Origin: an uncultured Prevotella sp.
GTDB taxonomy: Bacteria > Bacteroidota > Bacteroidia > Bacteroidales > Bacteroidaceae
Direction of reading: 5' to 3'
DNA: 64,000 bases
NCBI GenBank assembly: GCA_900556465.1
Contig: USPK01000002.1
Location: 3,295 to 67,294, forward strand
Made by a program: the position numbers and the translations under genes. The notes beneath the pieces are model-generated. The model was not told the origin of the DNA and searched no databases. It saw only the letters and a list, made by a program, of their open reading frames with translations. The number at the start of each line of letters is the position of its first letter. The stretch's first letter is position 1. Shown here piece by piece: positions 59,036 to 64,000 of the stretch.

Positions 59036-61345
59036 ATGAGCCGAAACAAAACGCAAAAGAGTGCCGGGCGTCTCAAGAAGAAAGACATCCGGCAGTCGCT
59101 GCTGGACCTGTTCGAGCAGCACCCCGACAAGAAATACGGCATCAAGGACATCTTCTCCGCCATCGGCGCGGCGAACCACCCGGCCAAGATGCTGACGATG
59201 GACGTCCTGTCCGAGCTGGTGCTGGACGACTATCTGGCCACTGAGGGCAACGCCGTCTACTCCCTGGCCCACCGTTTGCAGGTGATGGAAGGAACCTTCC
59301 AGCGCAAGCGCAACGGCCGCAACTCCTTCATCCCGGACGACGGGGGAAAGAACATATTGGTCTGCGAACGGAACTCGCACCACGCGCTCGACGGTGACCG
59401 CGTGCGCGTCACGATGCTGGCCCGGCGTTCAGGCCATACGCGCGAGGCGGAAGTCATCGAGATTCTGGAGCGGAAGAAAGACACCTTCGTGGGCCGCCTC
59501 CAGGTGGAGAAGGGCTTCGGCTTCCTCGTGACGGAAGGCCGCGCCCTGGCGACGGACATCTTCATACCGAAGGACAAGCTGAAAGGCGGGAAGACGGGCG
59601 ACAAGGCAGTGGTCAAGATTACGGACTGGCCCGAAGACTCGAAGAGCCCTATCGGAAAGGTGGTCGACATCCTGGGCCGTAAGGGCGAGAACAATGCCGA
59701 GATGCACGCCATCCTGGCCGAGTACGGCCTGCCCTATGCCTACCCGAAGAGCGTCGAGGCCGCGGCCGAGAAGCTGGAGCCCGGCATCACGCCCGAAGAG
59801 ATTGCGCGGCGCGAGGACTTTCGGGCGGTCACGACCTTTACCATCGACCCGCACGACGCCAAGGACTTCGACGACGCCCTCTCCATCCGCGCCGTGGGCA
59901 AGGATTGCTGGGAAGTCGGCGTCCATATTGCGGACGTCTCCCACTACGTGAAGGAGGGCGACATCATTGACCGCGAGGCGCAGAAGCGGGCCACGAGCGT
60001 CTACCTCGTGGACCGCACCATCCCGATGCTGCCCGAGCGCCTGTGCAACTTCATCTGCTCGCTGCGGCCCAATGAGGAGAAGCTGGCCTACTCCACGATT
60101 TTCCACATGAACAGTCGCGGCGACGTGCTCGACTGGCACCTGGCCCACACCGTGATTCGCTCGGACCGCCGCTTTACTTACGAGGAGGTGCAGGCCATAC
60201 TGGAGCGCAACCGCGAAGCCTCGCCCGCCGACCTGGCCCTGCCCGGCGAGCACCCCGAACCCCTGCCCGAGGGCGCTCCCCTTGAGGGCGAGTATGTCGA
60301 AGAGCTCGTCACGCTCAACCGCCTGGCCAAGCAGCTGCGCGAACGCCGCTTCAAGAACGGCGCCATCGGTTTCGACCGCGCCGAAGTGCGCTTCGAGATT
60401 GACGAAAAGGGCCACCCCGTCTCGACCTACGTCAAGGTGGCCAAGGACGCCAACAAGCTGGTCGAGGAGTTTATGCTCCTGGCCAACCGCAGTGTGGCCG
60501 AAAAGATAGGCCGTGTGCCCAGGAACAAGAAGCCTAAGGTCTTCGTCTACCGCATCCACGACGTGCCCGACCCCGAGAAGCTCGAGAAGCTGAGCGGCTT
60601 TATCGCCAAGTTCGGCTATAAGCTCCGCACGGAGGGCAGTAAGACGGAGGTGTCGAAGAGCTTGAACCGTCTCCTCTCCGACGTGAAGGGCAAGAAGGAG
60701 GAGAATGTCGTGGAGCTCGTGGCCTTGCGCGCCATGATGAAGGCCCGTTACAGCACGCACAACATCGGTCACTACGGCCTCATGTTCGATTACTATACGC
60801 ACTTCACCTCTCCCATTCGCCGCTACCCCGATACGATGGTCCACCGCCTCTTGACCCGTTACGCCGGGGGCGGGCGCTCTGTCAGCGAGACCAAGTACGA
60901 GGACCTCTGCGACCATGCCTCGGACATGGAGCAGTTGGCCGCTACGGCCGAGCGGGCAAGCATTAAGTACAAGCAGGTAGAGTTTATGGGCGACCGCTTG
61001 GGCCAGGAGTTCGACGGTACGGTGAGTGGCGTCACGGAGTTCGGCCTCTACGTCGAGGTGACGGAAAACATGTGCGAGGGTATGGTGCCGCTGCGCGACC
61101 TGCAGGACGATTACTACGAGTTCGACGAGCGGAACTACTGCCTCATAGGCCGTCGCTACCACAAGCGTTACAGCCTGGGCGACAAGGTACGCATCCGCGT
61201 GGAGCGCGCCAACCTGGAGCGCCGGCAACTGGACTTCGCCCTGGTGGAAGAGGGCGGCACGAAGCCGCCCGTAGCCCCTGCGGCGGCCAAACCGTCGGGC
61301 GGATTCGGAAAGAAGGCGCGCGGCAAGCGTCGCCGCCGCCGCTGA
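59036..61345 (+). CDS. rnr: Ribonuclease R
   Basis: TIDPHDAKDFDDALS, VHIADVS, EEFMLLAN, HFTSPIRRYPD, S1 domain, basic tail. Confidence 0.96.
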   Translation: MSRNKTQKSAGRLKKKDIRQSLLDLFEQHPDKKYGIKDIFSAIGAANHPAKMLTMDVLSELVLDDYLATEGNAVYSLAHRLQVMEGTFQRKRNGRNSFIPDDGGKNILVCERNSHHALDGDRVRVTMLARRSGHTREAEVIEILERKKDTFVGRLQVEKGFGFLVTEGRALATDIFIPKDKLKGGKTGDKAVVKITDWPEDSKSPIGKVVDILGRKGENNAEMHAILAEYGLPYAYPKSVEAAAEKLEPGITPEEIARREDFRAVTTFTIDPHDAKDFDDALSIRAVGKDCWEVGVHIADVSHYVKEGDIIDREAQKRATSVYLVDRTIPMLPERLCNFICSLRPNEEKLAYSTIFHMNSRGDVLDWHLAHTVIRSDRRFTYEEVQAILERNREASPADLALPGEHPEPLPEGAPLEGEYVEELVTLNRLAKQLRERRFKNGAIGFDRAEVRFEIDEKGHPVSTYVKVAKDANKLVEEFMLLANRSVAEKIGRVPRNKKPKVFVYRIHDVPDPEKLEKLSGFIAKFGYKLRTEGSKTEVSKSLNRLLSDVKGKKEENVVELVALRAMMKARYSTHNIGHYGLMFDYYTHFTSPIRRYPDTMVHRLLTRYAGGGRSVSETKYEDLCDHASDMEQLAATAERASIKYKQVEFMGDRLGQEFDGTVSGVTEFGLYVEVTENMCEGMVPLRDLQDDYYEFDERNYCLIGRRYHKRYSLGDKVRIRVERANLERRQLDFALVEEGGTKPPVAPAAAKPSGGFGKKARGKRRRRR

Positions 61346-61368
61346 AGGCGCGGACCGGCGGACGGAAA

Positions 61369-61443
61369 ACTGGCCTTAGCCCCGTAGCTACGGGGCTAAG
61401 GCCAGTTTTTTCTGGGCTAAGGCCCGTGGTTGCGGCAACTGTC
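61369..61443. repeat. 21-bp-period palindromic array, copy 12
   Basis: Units at 61369, 61390, 61411; flanking ACTGTC at 61438. Confidence 0.9.
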
Positions 61444-61535
61444 GCGCGGGCGGCAGCACCCGGGGGCCGCCCCGCGGGGACCCTCCGGCAGGCGGCAGCG
61501 CCCGGCCCGCCGCGCGCCGGCTGACGGACGGGGCG

Positions 61536-61572
61536 AAAAAAAGGCGTCCGCCCACGTGGGTGGACGGACGCC
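61536..61572 (-). terminator. Intrinsic terminator of the M16 peptidase gene
   Basis: GGCGTCCGCCCAC / GTGGACGGACGCC hairpin with T7 on the minus strand. Confidence 0.72.
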
Positions 61573-61608
61573 GCAGGGCGAGGCCGTGGCGGACGGGCTG
61601 CCGGGCCT

Positions 61609-63999
61609 TTATTCCTTCAGGTCGGCCGGCAACATGGTCACCGTCACACAGTTCTTGCGTTTCAGGAGTACGTCCTTGACAAACTTCTGAAGGTCGGCGG
61701 GCTTGAGGGCCGTGATGGTCTCCTTCACGCCCGTCATGGCGTCTTTGTTCCAAGCTACCTTGGCGCTGATGTTCCCGTGCCAGTAGGAGTTCTGCTTCTG
61801 CTGGTCGTCATAGGTCTTGAGCATCATCTTCTTGATATTAGCCAGCTCGTCGTCGGTCACACCCTTCAGGGCCACTTCCTCTATGGTCTGGTTGATGAGC
61901 AGCAGGGCGGAGTCGAGCTTGGCCGGCTGGACGGGGCAGACTACCTGCATGAGGTACTGGTCGCGTATGCCGTATTGCAACATGGCAACGGCGCCCACGC
62001 TGTAAGCCAGGCCGCGCTCCTCGCGGATGCTCTTGAGCATGCGCTGCGTGAGGACCTGTCCGAGCGCGTCGACGGTGGCTGCCGTCTGGACCGTATAGGG
62101 TTCGTCGCCGGTCCACATCTGCAGGATGTAGGCCTTGGGTGTCTCCATCTTGCGTACGAAGTGGTTGTCCACGGTGCCGGTTACGGGCACGATGTTGCGG
62201 TCTACGAACGTCTCGCGCTGGCTCACGGCCTTGAGCGGGGCAATGTATTGCTCGACGTACAGGCGGAGGCTGTCGGTGTTGAAGTTTCCGGTGAAGTAGA
62301 AGTCAAAGTCGCCGCCGGCGGCAAAGCGCTCGCTGTAGATGCGGCGGATGGTGGCGTAGTCGGCCTGGGCCAGGTCGGAGACGTGGAGGCTGCGGGCCAG
62401 CGGGTTGTGGCCGTAGAGCGTGGCACGGAGGCTGTCGGTGAGGGCCGTCTCGGGCACTTTGTCGGCATTCTCAAGCTGTGACTTCAGATAGGCGAGTGTG
62501 TTGTTGTAGCCGTCGGGGTCGTTGGCCGGCGCCTGGAAGCGCAGGTAGATGAGCTCGAAGAGCGTGCGCAGGTCCTTGGGCGTGGCGGAGCCGCTCAGGC
62601 CCTCGGTGGCCTCGCCCAGGGCGACGGAGACGTGGGCCTGCTTGCCGGCGAGCTTCTTCTCGAGTTCGGTCGCCGTGAAGGCGCCTAGGCCCGTGCCGCT
62701 CATGATGTCGGTGAGCAGCTCTACGTTGACGTAGTCCTTGGCGTCGGTGCGGCTCTTGCCGCCCTTGCTCTCCGCGCGGAAGAGCACTTCGCTGTCGTTG
62801 AAGTCCGTATGGCGGAAGTAGACGCGCGCACCGTTGTCGAGCGTCCAGCAGGTGTAGCCGAACGGAGCTGCCTCCTCCTTCTTAATCTGTCCCTTGGCGG
62901 GGAGCTGGGGAACGAGCGGGTCGTTGTTCATACTGTCCACGTAGGCCTCGAGCTTGGCCGCCTTGGCTGCGGCAATGGCCTGCTTCATCTGGTCGGCAGT
63001 CGGGATGGCGACGCCCTCTTTCTCCGGATACATGGCGAAGAACACGAAGTTCGTGTCGGTAGAGGCCGTGAACTGCTTGAACGTGGCCGATATGGCCTCG
63101 GCCGGGAGCTGTTGGCTCATCATCTTGTAGAGGTTGAACTCCGTCTCGATGTCGGGGATGGGGTCGTTTTCGAGGAAGTTGCGCACGTATTGCTGCACGT
63201 AGAAGTTGTTCTGCTGCTTCTCGCGGTTGTCGTAGATGCGCTCCAGGGAACTGATGAACTCGTCGCGGGCCCTGAGAATCTCGGTAGCCGTAAAGCCGTA
63301 GCGCGAAGCGCGCTCCACTTCCTGCATCACGGCCTGAAGGGCAGCCTGGTCCTGGCCGGGCTTGGGCAAGATGGCGATACGGAAGGCGTCCATCGTCTTG
63401 CTGACGAGGTACTGTCCGTCGTAGGCTCCGGCGCCGATGAAGGGGCAGTCGGGCTCCTGGCTCAGTTCGTTCAGACGCGCGTTGAGGGCCTGGCAGGCCA
63501 GGGTCGTAATGAGGTTCTGCGCGAAATAGATGGGCGTGTTCTTGTACATATCGGGCAGGGGCTCGTGCTTGAAGTTGACGAGCATGATGCTCTGCTGCAT
63601 CTCCTTGTCCTTGTCGATGACGTAGATGGGCTCGGGCGTGACGGGCACGGGATAGTGCTCGTAGGCTGCGGGGTTAGCCGGCATCTGGATGGGGCCAAAG
63701 ATGGCTTTGATTTTCTCCTCGACCTGGTCCACGTCCACGTCGCCCACGACGATGATGCCCTGGAGGTCGGGGCGGTACCACTTCTCGTAGTAGGCGCGGA
63801 GAAACTCGGGCTTGAAGTTGTCGATAATCTCCATCAGACCAATCGGCCAGCGCTCGCCGTAGCGCGAGCCCGGGTAGAGCGTGGGCAAGTTGCGCTCGTA
63901 GATGCGGCTGTCGCCCGAGGAGCGGAGACGCCACTCTTCGTGGATGACGCCACGCTCCTTGTCGATTTCGGCAGGGTCGAGCGTCAGGCCGTCTGCCCA
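61609..63999 (-). CDS. M16 family zinc peptidase (PqqL-like), 5' end outside the window
   Basis: Frame is open to the window edge: EIDKERGVIHEEWR, RWPIG, YYEKWYRPD, TLDNGARV, IREERGLAYSV. Confidence 0.9.
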   Translation of the reverse strand, partial: WADGLTLDPAEIDKERGVIHEEWRLRSSGDSRIYERNLPTLYPGSRYGERWPIGLMEIIDNFKPEFLRAYYEKWYRPDLQGIIVVGDVDVDQVEEKIKAIFGPIQMPANPAAYEHYPVPVTPEPIYVIDKDKEMQQSIMLVNFKHEPLPDMYKNTPIYFAQNLITTLACQALNARLNELSQEPDCPFIGAGAYDGQYLVSKTMDAFRIAILPKPGQDQAALQAVMQEVERASRYGFTATEILRARDEFISSLERIYDNREKQQNNFYVQQYVRNFLENDPIPDIETEFNLYKMMSQQLPAEAISATFKQFTASTDTNFVFFAMYPEKEGVAIPTADQMKQAIAAAKAAKLEAYVDSMNNDPLVPQLPAKGQIKKEEAAPFGYTCWTLDNGARVYFRHTDFNDSEVLFRAESKGGKSRTDAKDYVNVELLTDIMSGTGLGAFTATELEKKLAGKQAHVSVALGEATEGLSGSATPKDLRTLFELIYLRFQAPANDPDGYNNTLAYLKSQLENADKVPETALTDSLRATLYGHNPLARSLHVSDLAQADYATIRRIYSERFAAGGDFDFYFTGNFNTDSLRLYVEQYIAPLKAVSQRETFVDRNIVPVTGTVDNHFVRKMETPKAYILQMWTGDEPYTVQTAATVDALGQVLTQRMLKSIREERGLAYSVGAVAMLQYGIRDQYLMQVVCPVQPAKLDSALLLINQTIEEVALKGVTDDELANIKKMMLKTYDDQQKQNSYWHGNISAKVAWNKDAMTGVKETITALKPADLQKFVKDVLLKRKNCVTVTMLPADLKE

Positions 64000-64000
64000 G

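Noticed and set aside
5183..61228. Long antisense or alternative-frame ORFs (e.g. 5183-7486, 7745-9832, 11680-13662, 42781-44511, 56257-57975, 59429-61228)
   Set aside because: Shadow ORFs expected at high GC3; they lie opposite well-identified genes and have no motifs.
2131..61443. 21-bp arrays as mini-CRISPRs, iterons, simple terminators, or real TGLRPV-repeat peptides
   Set aside because: Spacers are only 4 bp, there is no rep gene, and separate canonical terminators sit beside several arrays (39062, 52466, 55725, 61536). The heptad ORFs lack start context except within xerD.

Overview
A GC-rich Bacteroidales chromosome segment, probably Prevotellaceae-like. This assignment rests on TAnnTTTG promoter boxes, type IX secretion C-terminal tails, PorZ, and the xerD/aroQ/pyk/rbfA gene order. 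It carries about 45 mostly housekeeping genes: buk-ptb, an MsbA-like ABC transporter, RNase H, argS, membrane PPase, HU, porZ, rdgB, miaB, cobB, three FKBP PPIases, xerD, aroQ, pyk, rbfA, sbcCD, a GH20, btuB/btuG under a cobalamin riboswitch, umuDC, a GH2, skp, murI, pepC, a C10 protease, rnr and an M16 peptidase. I saw no tRNA, rRNA, CRISPR, transposase or prophage. The main unexplained structure is a dispersed repeat family found at 12 loci, about one per 5 kb. Each locus is a short array of a 17-bp imperfect palindrome (ACGGGGCTAAGGCCCGT and variants) on a strict 21-bp period, with units in mixed orientation. One array lies in frame inside the 5' end of xerD, and two near-identical 178-bp copies bracket a C10 protease + lipoprotein cassette. 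Also notable are an 84-bp tandem repeat made of promoter-like copies upstream of ptb-buk and a 34-aa smalltalk-like peptide that the ORF track missed. All calls come from motif recognition by eye; no database searches were run.
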